DNA from: Litorivicinus sp.
GTDB taxonomy: Bacteria; Pseudomonadota; Gammaproteobacteria; Pseudomonadales; Litorivicinaceae
Direction: 5' to 3'
DNA length: 40,426 nucleotides
Assembly (NCBI GenBank): GCA_018402605.1
Contig: JAGYIK010000001.1
Location: forward strand, 1-40,426
The first letter of the stretch is position 1. Each line of letters begins with the position of its first letter. Positions 10,038 to 18,929 of this stretch are shown here, one piece after another. The notes beneath the pieces are model-generated. The model had not been told where the DNA came from, did not search any database, and saw only the letters and a program-made list of their open reading frames with translations. Made by a program: the position numbers and the translations under genes.

Positions 10038-10976
10038 TTAGAGACTTTGTACAAACGCGATCGTCAGTGAGAGCGTGCCAATTCCTGCAACAGTCGAGAT
10101 GAAAATGCTTGTTGTGGCTGTTGCTAAGGGCACTTGGTAGCGGTGTGCAAACAGGTACAGGTTCATACCGGTTGGCATGGCAGCGAGTAATACGGCGACT
10201 GAGAGCCAGAGTGTGTCGAGCTGCAAAAAGCTCCCAAGCATGAATACGAGTGCAGGATGCACCATGTTTTTCAGTACAGTGATTAAGATCGCTGGCGCAA
10301 CAGAGCCACTGATGTGATAACTCGCAAGAGAGCTGCCCAGTACAAAGAGCGCGGCTGGCGTGATACTTGTGGCCGCCAAATTGAACATTTCGAGCACAAT
10401 GGGATGCAGTCCAATCCCGGTCATTTTCCACATAAAGCCGCATGCCAGTGCGACGATGAGTGGGTTTGAGAACAACCCCTTCATCACCTGTACAGGGAGC
10501 TTCGCGAGGCCCGCATCACGGCCTCGTGCCACCTCGATTGCGACAGTCACGACCGTGAATACGGTAATTCCATGGATCGAAATTAACAAAAAGAGCGGGA
10601 AAAGCGCGGCATCACCGAGTGCTCTAGGTATTAACGGAATCCCCAAAAGGACCGCGTTTGAAAACGATGCACCCAGACTGATGACCAGTGAGTCGACCAA
10701 TGGTCGATGCAAAATTTTCCATGCAAAGAGTAGCGCAATCAGGAACACCGTCCACAGTGGGCTGTAGTAGCTGAGAAAGAGGTCGGCTGTGGATGCCTTC
10801 GGTGGCTGCAGTTCGACGATTGCAGAGAAGAGAAGCATCGGAACCGCGACATCGAAGACATACTTAGTCAAACCCTCCCGATGGGAGGGTTGAAAGTAGC
10901 CTGCTCGGGTTGCGATAAAGCCGATAAGGCCAAGCGCAAGAATCGGAGCGAGGACCGCGAAAACGGTTTCGATCAT
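10038..10976 (-). CDS. AEC (auxin efflux carrier / malate-malonate permease) family secondary transporter
   Basis: 312 aa, about 10 TM; family motifs KYVFDVAVPMLLF, FSNAVLLGIPL, NPLIVA, PAALFVLG, AAMPTGMN. Confidence 0.9.
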   Translation of the reverse strand: MIETVFAVLAPILALGLIGFIATRAGYFQPSHREGLTKYVFDVAVPMLLFSAIVELQPPKASTADLFLSYYSPLWTVFLIALLFAWKILHRPLVDSLVISLGASFSNAVLLGIPLIPRALGDAALFPLFLLISIHGITVFTVVTVAIEVARGRDAGLAKLPVQVMKGLFSNPLIVALACGFMWKMTGIGLHPIVLEMFNLAATSITPAALFVLGSSLASYHISGSVAPAILITVLKNMVHPALVFMLGSFLQLDTLWLSVAVLLAAMPTGMNLYLFAHRYQVPLATATTSIFISTVAGIGTLSLTIAFVQSL

Positions 10977-11932
10977 TTCGGGTGCAGATACAAGTAGCTT
11001 GAAGAGTCGGGCAGTGTACTGATTAAACCGCGTTTTTGCATGAATTCAGCGAAGCGATCCCATTGCTTGGCATCTGTTTCCCGTGTCTGTGTTGCCAGTT
11101 TTGGCAATGTGTCGATCCAAGCTGCTTGGTTCAGGGGGTTGTCTAGATCGAGTGGCTTAAATGCGACGAAATCGCGGTAGGTCCCGGCTGGATCGCCCAA
11201 AATCATCGCGGTGGCTTGATCAAGAATGTCGAGAAACCGCTGAATTTTCGGAGCGCTTGCGAGATCTGGATGAGCGACGAAGATGAGTTCTTCGTAATGC
11301 GGTACCCCGTGCTCTTCAGGAAGAAAAGCGCGTCCGGGTCTGCCATCAAGCTCCATTTGATTCAGTTCAAAGTTGCGGAATGCACCAATCACAGCGTCAA
11401 CTTGACCGCTGTACAGCGCGGGAGAGAGTGCAAAGTTCACATTCACGAGGTTGACGTCGGTCAAGGTGAGGTCGTGTGTTTCGAGCATTGCACCGAGTAC
11501 TGCATCTTCGAACCCGCCAACGGAAAAGCCGACAGTTTTGCCTCTCAGATCGGCGATCTGTTGGATGTCACTGTCTGCGAGAACTACGAGCGAATTGAGT
11601 GGGGAGTGCACAAGCGTCCCCACACGCACCAATGGTAATTGGTTCTCTAAATCAACCATGAGTGATGGCTGATAACTGACCGCTAAATCAGCACGCTTGG
11701 CGGCGGCAAGCTTTGGTGGCAGGGATGGATCGGCGGGCTCGACGAGGATGACCTCGAGTCCTGCGGCATCAAATAGGCCTCGAGTTTCAGCGACGATGAT
11801 GGGTGCGTGGTCTGGATTGATGAACCAGTCGAGAAGCACCGTGATTTTCTCAGCGCGAGCCGAGAATGCGAGAAGAGATAGTATAAGGCCAAGCAAAATG
11901 CGATGGCGGATATGAGTGCGCAAGGTGAACAT
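10973..11932 (-). CDS. thiY: NMT1/THI5-family periplasmic binding protein (ThiY-type, thiamine pyrimidine precursor)
   Basis: Signal peptide ending ARA, then KITVLLDWFINPDHAP, AVSYQP, LRGKTVGFSVGG, GQVDAVIGAFRNFELNQM; downstream of a TPP riboswitch; SD AGGAG at 11941-11945. Confidence 0.85.
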   Translation of the reverse strand: MFTLRTHIRHRILLGLILSLLAFSARAEKITVLLDWFINPDHAPIIVAETRGLFDAAGLEVILVEPADPSLPPKLAAAKRADLAVSYQPSLMVDLENQLPLVRVGTLVHSPLNSLVVLADSDIQQIADLRGKTVGFSVGGFEDAVLGAMLETHDLTLTDVNLVNVNFALSPALYSGQVDAVIGAFRNFELNQMELDGRPGRAFLPEEHGVPHYEELIFVAHPDLASAPKIQRFLDILDQATAMILGDPAGTYRDFVAFKPLDLDNPLNQAAWIDTLPKLATQTRETDAKQWDRFAEFMQKRGLISTLPDSSSYLYLHPK

Positions 11933-11996
11933 GGGGATTGCTCCTGATTCCAGTAAATGGCAGGAGATCATCAGCCGGGATGCGGAATTGAAGATC

Positions 11997-12066
11997 TGGA
12001 CTCCCTACGCCGGTGTTAACCGGATCAGGTTCAAAGGGTACATCTCAGCCGAAGCGCCCCTGCCTT
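11997..12066 (-). promoter_or_regulatory. TPP (THI-box) riboswitch aptamer
   Basis: Reverse complement reads GGGGCGCTTCGGCTGAGATGTACCCTTTGAACCTGATCCGGTTAACACCGGCGTAGGGA with the conserved CTGAGA, ACCTGA, P5 and GCGTAGGGA elements; TATACT -10 at 12074-12079. Confidence 0.96.
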
Positions 12067-12142
12067 GAGCCTTAGTATATGCAGATCCACGACCTGCTGT
12101 CTCGAACATCCTGATTTTGCTAAACACACGGCACCGACTCTT

Positions 12143-12177
12143 CGGAGCTGTTGTGTTATTCAGTCACAACAACTCCG
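12143..12177 (-). terminator. Strong hairpin just after glcB (terminator or stabiliser, no U tract)
   Basis: CGGAGTTGTTGTG / CACAACAGCTCCG forms 13 bp on the minus strand (one U-G pair that is a mismatch on the plus strand). Confidence 0.5.
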
Positions 12178-12194
12178 GGGGCTGGTTCTTTACT

Positions 12195-14361
12195 TTAGTG
12201 CGCGGCCTTCAGTTCCAGGCGACGACGATGCAAAACAGGCTCTGTGTACCCATTGGGTTGCTCGACACCTTTTAGTACGAGGTCCATGGCCGCCTGAAAG
12301 GCAATCGATTGATCAAAGTTTGGCGCCATCGGACGGTACAGTGGATCACTCGCATTTTGCGTATCGACAACCTGTGCCATCCGCTGCATGGTCTCGGTGA
12401 CTTGCGCCACGGTTGTGATGCCATGGGTTAGCCAGTTGGCAATGTGTTGCGAACTGATACGCAAAGTGGCGCGATCTTCCATCAGCCCGATATTGTTGAT
12501 GTCCGGCACCTTTGAGCAACCGACGCCTTGATCGACCCAGCGTACAACGTAGCCGAGGATTCCTTGTGCGTTGTTGTCGAGCTCCGCTTGGATTTCTGCT
12601 GCGCTCCAGTTCGGGTTGGTGGCCACAGGGATCGTTAGAATCTCGTCCACTGAGTTACGGCGTTGTCCTTTCAGTTCATTTTGACGCGCGAACACGTCCA
12701 CCTGATGGTAGTGCAGTGCATGCAGGGTGGCCGCGGTGGGTGAAGGGACCCAGGCGGTATTGGCCCCAGATTTCGGGTGCTCAATTTTTTGTTCGATCAT
12801 GGCGGCCATAAGATCTGGCATGGCCCACATGCCTTTACCGATTTGTGCACGTCCTTGCAGGCCGCACTCAAGGCCAATATCGACGTTCCAGTTTTCGTAG
12901 GCTGCAATCCATGCAGCTTGCTTCATATCGCCTTTTCGGATCATTGGGCCCGCTTGCATGGAGGTATGTATTTCGTCGCCCGTTCTAATTCAAGAATCCT
13001 GTATTGATGAAGACCCGTGAGCTGGCTGCGGCGATACAGGCTTTGAGGTTGACCGAGGTGCGACGCTCTTCGTCCATGATGCCCATTTTCAGGGTAAAGC
13101 GTGGCAAGCCAAGAAGATCTTCGACTTCACCGAACAGGCGGTTGGCAAACGCAACCTCCTCGGGGCCGTGCATTTTAGGCTTCACAATGTAAACGCTACC
13201 CGTCCGTGAGTTCTGATTTTCGGAACGATTCCGGTCGTGGATTGCCATGAGACTGGTAAAGATGCCGTCCATGATCCCTTCGGGTACTTCATTCCCATCC
13301 TGATCGAGGATTGCGGGGTTAGTCATTAAGTGCCCAACGTTGCGCACGAACATGAGTGCACGTCCCGGTAATGTCACCGTGTCGACGCCGTTGGCGGCTG
13401 TGTATTTCCGATCGGGATTCAACGTGCGGGTAAATTGTTTCCCGCCTTTTTCCACAGTCTCACTCAAGGAGCCGTTCATCAGCCCCATCCAGTTCCGGTA
13501 GACCAGTACTTTGTCAGTCGCATCCACCGCCGCTACCGAGTCTTCGCAGTCCATGATGGTTGTGAGCGCCGATTCCATGAGGATGTCTTTGATACCCGCT
13601 GGATCGGCTTTACCAATCTCGCTTGACGTATCGATTTGGAGCTCAAAGTGCAGGCCATGGTGTTGAATCACAACCGCACTCGGTGCAATTGCATCGCCGA
13701 GGTAGCCGACCAGTTGTTCGGGCGATTGGAGTACTGTTTCGCCACCCTGGGTCTTGATCACCAGTTGGCCATTCTGAATGTGATAGCCGGTCGCATCTCG
13801 GTGGCTTCCTGCTGCTAGGGGTGCGGCCTGATCGAGGAATGCCTTTGCAAATGCAATGACCTTTTGCCCGCGGATTGGGTTGTAGGCGCTTCCCGCTTCA
13901 GCCCCATCTTCGTCACTAATGGCATCGGTTCCGTACAGCGCATTGTAGAGACTGCCCCAACGCGCGTTTGCAGCGTTTAAGGCGTAGCGGGCGTTCATCA
14001 CAGGCACGACTAGTTGCGGACCGGCAGTGGTCGCGACCTCAGCATCCACTTGGGTGGTGGTGATCTGCACGTTCTGTGGTTCAGGCAACAGATATCCGAT
14101 CTCCTCGAGGAACGCTTTATACGCATCGAAGTTGAAGGCGTCGCCACGATGCGCTTGGTGATACGCATCGATTTTCTCTTGCAGCGCGTCGCGCTTGGCG
14201 AGCAACTCGCGATTGACAGGAGTGAGTCGGTGAATCAGTTGGTCGACGCCATCCCAAAACGCCATGGCTTCAATACCCGTGCCTGGCAATGCTTCATCTG
14301 TGATGAATCGATAGAGTTCGGATGCAACCTGAATGTTGCCGCATTGGATACGGTCAGTCAT
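12195..14361 (-). CDS. glcB: Malate synthase G; single frameshift near 12985
   Basis: [66 protein letters not shown], then ..[46 protein letters not shown] in the next frame. SD AAGGAG before ATG 14361. Confidence 0.95.
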
Positions 14362-14398
14362 GGCCGTTGTCTCCTTTGTTTGAATCGAGAATGGGATG

Positions 14399-14442
14399 AG
14401 TATAAAGCACCGAACCACAGGAAATGGAATTAGTTTTCATTT
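14399..14442 (-). promoter_or_regulatory. glcB promoter (-10 TATACT) with a palindromic IclR-like operator over the -35 region
   Basis: TATACT at 14399-14404 (minus); imperfect palindrome AAATGGAATTAGTTTTCATTT at 14422-14442. Confidence 0.5.
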
Positions 14443-14738
14443 TTTCAAGTGGGCTCGTTGATGTGGTTACCTTTTTAAGAATTCGCTTTTCAATCGCATC
14501 GGACCTGGCTCTACCGTACTTTACATATCGTGGTCATCTTCAGGAGCGAAACGAGTATTTTCGACTGTGGTGTCGACTTTCAAAACGATCGAGCCGCCTC
14601 TCAGTAAGGGTCTTTTTACCGATGCATTGGGCGCAAAATTGCGTCTTGTGGGTCCTTCCTTGAAAGGAGGCAAAAACGAATTCTGTCTCCGAATCAAAAC
14701 ATCGATGGCATCAGAGGATTGGCAAGGAGTCGTTCTGG

Positions 14739-15284
14739 TTACCAGAGTTGTGGATCCTTAAAAGCCGAGACGCAGCGACAGGGTCCAGTCCATGGGCCAA
14801 TACTACCCTTGTTCAGATGGTGTCCCAGCCATCCCTCTGGGTACCGCAGTGGGAAAGGTGCTGGCACGTCTGTTTCACTGATTGCCCGGAATCCAACGCG
14901 ACCATAAAACGCAGGATCTCCGTAAGTTAGAACGATTTCTGCACCGTGGTCATTTTGCATTGATTCGAGCGCGGATCGGATCATTGCTTGGCCAATCCCT
15001 TTGCCTTGATGTGCGGTCGCAACCGCGACCGGCGCGAGCAACCATACGCTACTGGGATTCGCGGAAAACAGCAGCTTTGAGAAGACGCAGGCGCCTATCG
15101 CATGATCGCCATCGCTTAAACCAAAACTGAATACGTTGACCTCGTCATCCGACATCTCAAGGAGCAGCGAGCGAACCAAGTCACCGATGGCGCGTCCCTC
15201 ATCAGCGCCCTCACTGTCATGAAAGGTATCGTTGAACATTTGGATTAGTTGGTCACTTGTAGTGATGATCTGATGACATTTCAT
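14739..15284 (-). CDS. GNAT family N-acetyltransferase (YhbS-like)
   Basis: LLAPVAVATAHQGKGIGQAMIR acetyl-CoA motif and VLTYGDPAFYGRVGF; start chosen at MKCHQ (uncertain). Confidence 0.88.
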   Translation of the reverse strand: MKCHQIITTSDQLIQMFNDTFHDSEGADEGRAIGDLVRSLLLEMSDDEVNVFSFGLSDGDHAIGACVFSKLLFSANPSSVWLLAPVAVATAHQGKGIGQAMIRSALESMQNDHGAEIVLTYGDPAFYGRVGFRAISETDVPAPFPLRYPEGWLGHHLNKGSIGPWTGPCRCVSAFKDPQLW

Positions 15285-15376
15285 TGAAGTTGCCGAAGTG
15301 GAAGATCGACACGTCAGGATACGGGAATGTGCGTGTTGCTGCAGTTGGTGCCGAGTTGACCGAAGTATTAAAGGAT

Positions 15377-15403
15377 AAACCCCCAACCAACGGTTGGAGG
15401 TTT
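15377..15403 (-). terminator. Terminator-like hairpin after ssrA
   Basis: Minus strand AAACCTCCAACC-GTT-GGTTGGGGGTTT, 5 nt after the tmRNA CCA. Confidence 0.65.
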
Positions 15404-15408
15404 GTGAT

Positions 15409-15768
15409 TGGTGGAGACGGCGGGATTTGAACCCGCGTCCGTCAGTCCTCTGCCAAACGCTCTACATGCTTAGTCGCGTTTTTGAATTTAGGTCAGGGTC
15501 TCCCAACGCACAGGGATTTCCGTTCCGAGTTCAGTTTGAAATTTAGCTCCTCCACCCTGAACACAGCTTCGAAGCGAGTCTCTGTTTCGAACCCTGTTTG
15601 CAACGACCAGAGACGATCCCCGCACAGGGTCTAGCTTATGCTGCTAGAGCGTAGTTTTCGTCGTTGGCAGTTATAGCTAACGAGCCCACAGTTGGGTTTA
15701 CGAACACTGTAGAACTGCTCGGCATGCACATTTGGTTTTGTAACCGGCGTCGAATCCGTATCGTCCCC
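15409..15768 (-). ncRNA. ssrA: tmRNA (SsrA), tag (A)ANDENYALAA
   Basis: 5' GGGGACG pairs with 3' CGTCTCC-ACCA including G3-U; T arm GGGTTCAAATCCC; tag frame GCC AAC GAC GAA AAC TAC GCT CTA GCA GCA TAA at 15668-15636; next to smpB. Confidence 0.98.
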
Positions 15769-15776
15769 GAAACACT

Positions 15777-15805
15777 AGTATCGGCCTGAACAGCAAATTT
15801 CTCAA
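15777..15805 (-). promoter_or_regulatory. Sigma-70 promoter of ssrA
   Basis: TTGAGA-N17-GATACT on the minus strand, ending 8 nt before the mature 5' G. Confidence 0.55.
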
Positions 15806-15823
15806 TGATTACTCGCGAAAGAT

Positions 15824-16300
15824 TCAACGCACATTGTGTCGGACAGCACGTTGTTTCTCGATATTCCATTCTCGATCGCGAATAGTGTCTCGCTTATCAT
15901 GTTGTTTCTTGCCACGGGCGAGACCGATTTTAATTTTGACGTATGGGCCTATCCAATACATATCCAGCGGGATGCATGCATGGCCTTTCTGACTCAATGC
16001 GCCATGGATTGTGGCTAACTCTTTCTTGTGGAGGAGGAGTTTTCGACTGCGCGTGGGGTCGGCAATGACATGAGTCGATGCAGACTCGAGCGGTGTAATT
16101 TGCGCATTCAGCAGGTAGGCTTCCCCTTTTCGGATAATGACATACGTATCGGTGAGGTTCGCTTTGCCTGCGCGAATCGACTTCACTTCCCAGCCGTGCA
16201 GTTGCAAACCGGCTTCAAAGGTTTCGTCGATATGGTAATCAAACCGTGCCCGTTTATTGGTGGCGATCTGATTTGAGGGTGCTTGAGGTTTTTTGGCCAT
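15824..16300 (-). CDS. smpB: SsrA-binding protein SmpB
   Basis: [51 protein letters not shown]. Confidence 0.98.
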   Translation of the reverse strand: MAKKPQAPSNQIATNKRARFDYHIDETFEAGLQLHGWEVKSIRAGKANLTDTYVIIRKGEAYLLNAQITPLESASTHVIADPTRSRKLLLHKKELATIHGALSQKGHACIPLDMYWIGPYVKIKIGLARGKKQHDKRDTIRDREWNIEKQRAVRHNVR

Positions 16301-16354
16301 GGCGCGCGACTTTACGTATATTTCCCGATTCGTCAAATGACGTGTGAGGATTGA

Positions 16355-16801
16355 ATGCCCAAGATTACGCGTACAGCGCTTGTTTCGCACACACCTGAGC
16401 ACATGTTTGAGCTCGTGAATGACTTTGCCAGTTACCCTGAATTCCTGCCATGGTGCGGCGGGGCAAGGGTCTTGTCTGCCACAGAGACAGAAATTATCGG
16501 CGAACTCAGTATCCAAAAAGGCAGTATTCGGCAAAATTTTGCAACGCGAAATACGCTGACACCGCCCAATCGGATCGATTTGTCGTTGGTCAGTGGTCCA
16601 TTTCGATCACTTTCTGGGAGTTGGCAATTCGAGCCGGTTGGCCATTCGGGATGTCGTGTCACGCTCGAGTTGGAGTTTGAGTTCTCGGGCCGCCTGATTG
16701 CGATGGCCATTGGTGCTGTATTCTCGCAAATCGCCGGTAGCCTTGTGGATGCATTCTGCGAACGTGCAGACCGTCTGTATGCCCAATCGAATGCGCGTTG
16801 A
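16355..16801 (+). CDS. ratA: RatA/PasT (Coq10-like START domain protein)
   Basis: [39 protein letters not shown]; divergent from smpB. Confidence 0.93.
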   Translation: MPKITRTALVSHTPEHMFELVNDFASYPEFLPWCGGARVLSATETEIIGELSIQKGSIRQNFATRNTLTPPNRIDLSLVSGPFRSLSGSWQFEPVGHSGCRVTLELEFEFSGRLIAMAIGAVFSQIAGSLVDAFCERADRLYAQSNAR

Positions 16802-17085
16802 AGTCGCTTATGCCACTCCAGAGCGGCAGCGCGTGGTGTCGCTTGAAGTACCCGATGGCACAACCGTTTACGAGGCTGCTGCACTCTCAGGTTTGACGGG
16901 TGAGTTTCCAGAAATTGACCTGACACGACTCCGATGGGCGTCTTTGGTGAGCGGCGTTAAAACGGCCACCACCACCGTGTTGCATCCCGGGGATCGGGTT
17001 GAGCTGTATCGCCCACTGATTGCGGATCCGAAGGCAAATCGACGCCTCGGGCTGAGCTTCAGAAGACCCCTCGCTCCCCCCAAAT
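16779..17085 (+). CDS. rnfH: RnfH/RatB (ubiquitin-like fold); 3' end obscured by indels
   Basis: [13 protein letters not shown]...GDRVELYRPLIADPK; conserved position after ratA. End approximate. Confidence 0.85.
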
Positions 17086-17089
17086 TAAA

Positions 17090-17492
17090 TAAGGGTGAAA
17101 ACCAGGCCGCCATCATCTCTCGCGGGAGCAAGTATCTACCTTTAAAATTGATCGGTCGGTGTGCCACCGCTTTCGCGTTCAATCGACGCGACGCGCTCAT
17201 TAGTGAATTCAACGATCAGGATAGGTATTGGCTTGCACCCGCCATCGTAGTCGACGCGCTCCAAGTGAGATCCACCGATTCGGGATCAAAGGTGCGTTCA
17301 TCACCGGTGAGCCGAGAAGGAACTGGACTGATCACGGGTCATGCCAACCCCGAGGCGCTCCACGCGTTCAGGGATGAGTTTATTGCCCTGTTCGATTGTT
17401 TTTTTTGTGCCACCAGGAAAGCTGCACCCAGCGAGGATCGTGTCAGCACTAAAACTGAAATCGCAATCAATCGCATCTATGTGTCTTCCCAT
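17090..17492 (-). CDS. bamE: Outer-membrane assembly lipoprotein BamE (frameshifted read)
   Basis: Lipobox ILAGC, then IEQGN...VGMTRDQ; sits between rnfH and fur. End approximate. Confidence 0.8.
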
Positions 17493-17544
17493 GTGCAAGC
17501 CGTGCCCAGAATAATAGAGGCGAATGTCTGAGAGTCCATGAACG

Positions 17545-17960
17545 ATGCAATTCGAAACTGACGAACTGAAGAAAGCTGGCTTTAAAAGGCAACCCTGCCA
17601 GGATCCATGTCTTGCAACTGCTGCTTTCGAACGAGGTGCGCATATGTCCAAGTGAGTGGTCTCACTGAAACTTCACGAGAGTGGGGGCGGACGTGAACCT
17701 GGCAACTATTTATCGGCATTGACGCAGCTCTGAAGAGGCCGGCTTGAATGAGCGGCATCAATTTGATGCGACTACGAGCGTGTTTGAGCTGAAGCCTGAA
17801 GATCATCATGACCATATGGTCTGGTGCGGGGCAAGGTCGCGATCATCGAGTACCAAAGCCCTGAGGTTGGAGGCACAAGAGAAATCATGATCACGATTTG
17901 TGAAATTGCTGATCACACGCACATTATTTATGTTAACGTCCAACTGTCCGGGCTGCTGGA
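17545..17960 (+). CDS. fur: Ferric uptake regulator Fur (frameshifted read)
   Basis: Fragments ELKKAG, LATIYR, EEAGL, EDHHDHMV, IIEYQSPEV, ADHTHIIYV in shifting frames; divergent from bamE. Confidence 0.85.
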
Positions 17961-18926
17961 TGAGTCTGAGTCCACATCTGACCTGAGTGTCTTGTTTTTC
18001 GGCCTTGGCCTGTTTGCTGGTTAATCTGCTCAAATCTTGAAATTCCATCTCGTGATTGCACGATTTTTGTCGCTGTATCTGCTCATGGCGCTCGGTCTGA
18101 AAGGTGGGTTTTCCGCTCGCCGGGAAAGCGGATTCCATATTTGAGATCGTGCGAGATCTGATCTTCGCTGTGATTTTGGCCATCGCGGTGCCTGTGATTG
18201 GCTTTTTATGCTGAAGCGGCTGGTTGAGCCCCTGGATGCGCTAATATCTCGGCGACCTACGGTTCGGTGTCTGGCTGTGACTTTTATTATCGCGACGCAC
18301 CGAGACCCAAGGGGCAAGCTATGGTGGTCACATGCATGCTGCCATGGCGTTGGATGGAGTCGCCAGCGATTATCTTTGCCATCTTTAATGGCCAATGCGT
18401 ATCGGGCGGCGGACGCACGACAGCAGCATTCGGTAGGGCATGGGTGTGGTGGTGCCGCGCGAGTCCTTCGACCGAAGGGACGCAAATTTGTTAATCTGGT
18501 CACGTTTTACCGCCTCTCTACCTGGTGGTGGGAAGCGGGCATTATGGATCCGTTCACCGGCATGATTTTCAAAGGGATGCTTGCATTCTTCTGTTGATTA
18601 CGGGTGCTGGGTGACTGCACAGCGGTTGGGTGATTTGAACATGTGCCCAAGCGGCTGGCATTCTATGGTCTGCTGGCCCCCTTATTGCACGCAAGCCTTT
18701 GCGTTGGGATTGGCATTGATCGGCGGGCTGTCGGTTGGTAATGCCATCCCTGGTGGTATTATTGGTTCTGGCTTCATACATCGCGGTGCCTGGGTGGTGT
18801 TAAAGCACGCGTTGCCAGATCCAACCCCAGCCTGTATCTGGGCCTCTCACTCTGGGCTGACATTTCCATTCAACATTATTTGGCATCCTGCTTTACTACG
18901 CGGCTGCCACCTGGCTTTTGGGCTAG
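17960..18926 (+). CDS. Sodium-dependent bicarbonate transporter family permease (SbtA/Sbt_1), frameshifted read
   Basis: Fragments VLFFGLGLFAG..SNLEIP, FLSLYLLMALGLKG, TYGSVSAVTFI, MESPAII, FKGMLAFF, SLGLTFPFNI in shifting frames: typical SbtA-family motifs. Confidence 0.8.
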
Positions 18927-18929
18927 GAT

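Noticed and set aside
10973-11932. THI5-type HMP-P synthase fed by nearby pdxH
   Set aside because: The protein has a signal peptide and no CCCxC motif, which fits the ThiY binding-protein branch; pdxH is 10 kb away in another unit.
14480-14620. Glycine riboswitch upstream of glcB (as in SAR11); CAGGAGCGAA and CTCTCAG look-alikes
   Set aside because: Motifs are on the strand opposite to glcB, upstream of its apparent promoter, and the GGAGA/CCGAAG core with P1 pairing is not evident.
14400-15409. Genomic island integrated at ssrA
   Set aside because: No integrase and no duplicate of the tmRNA 3' end found; only one GNAT gene.
16355-17085. Toxin-antitoxin or defence module (RatAB/PasTI)
   Set aside because: Conserved housekeeping pair next to smpB; RatA is a Coq10 homologue.
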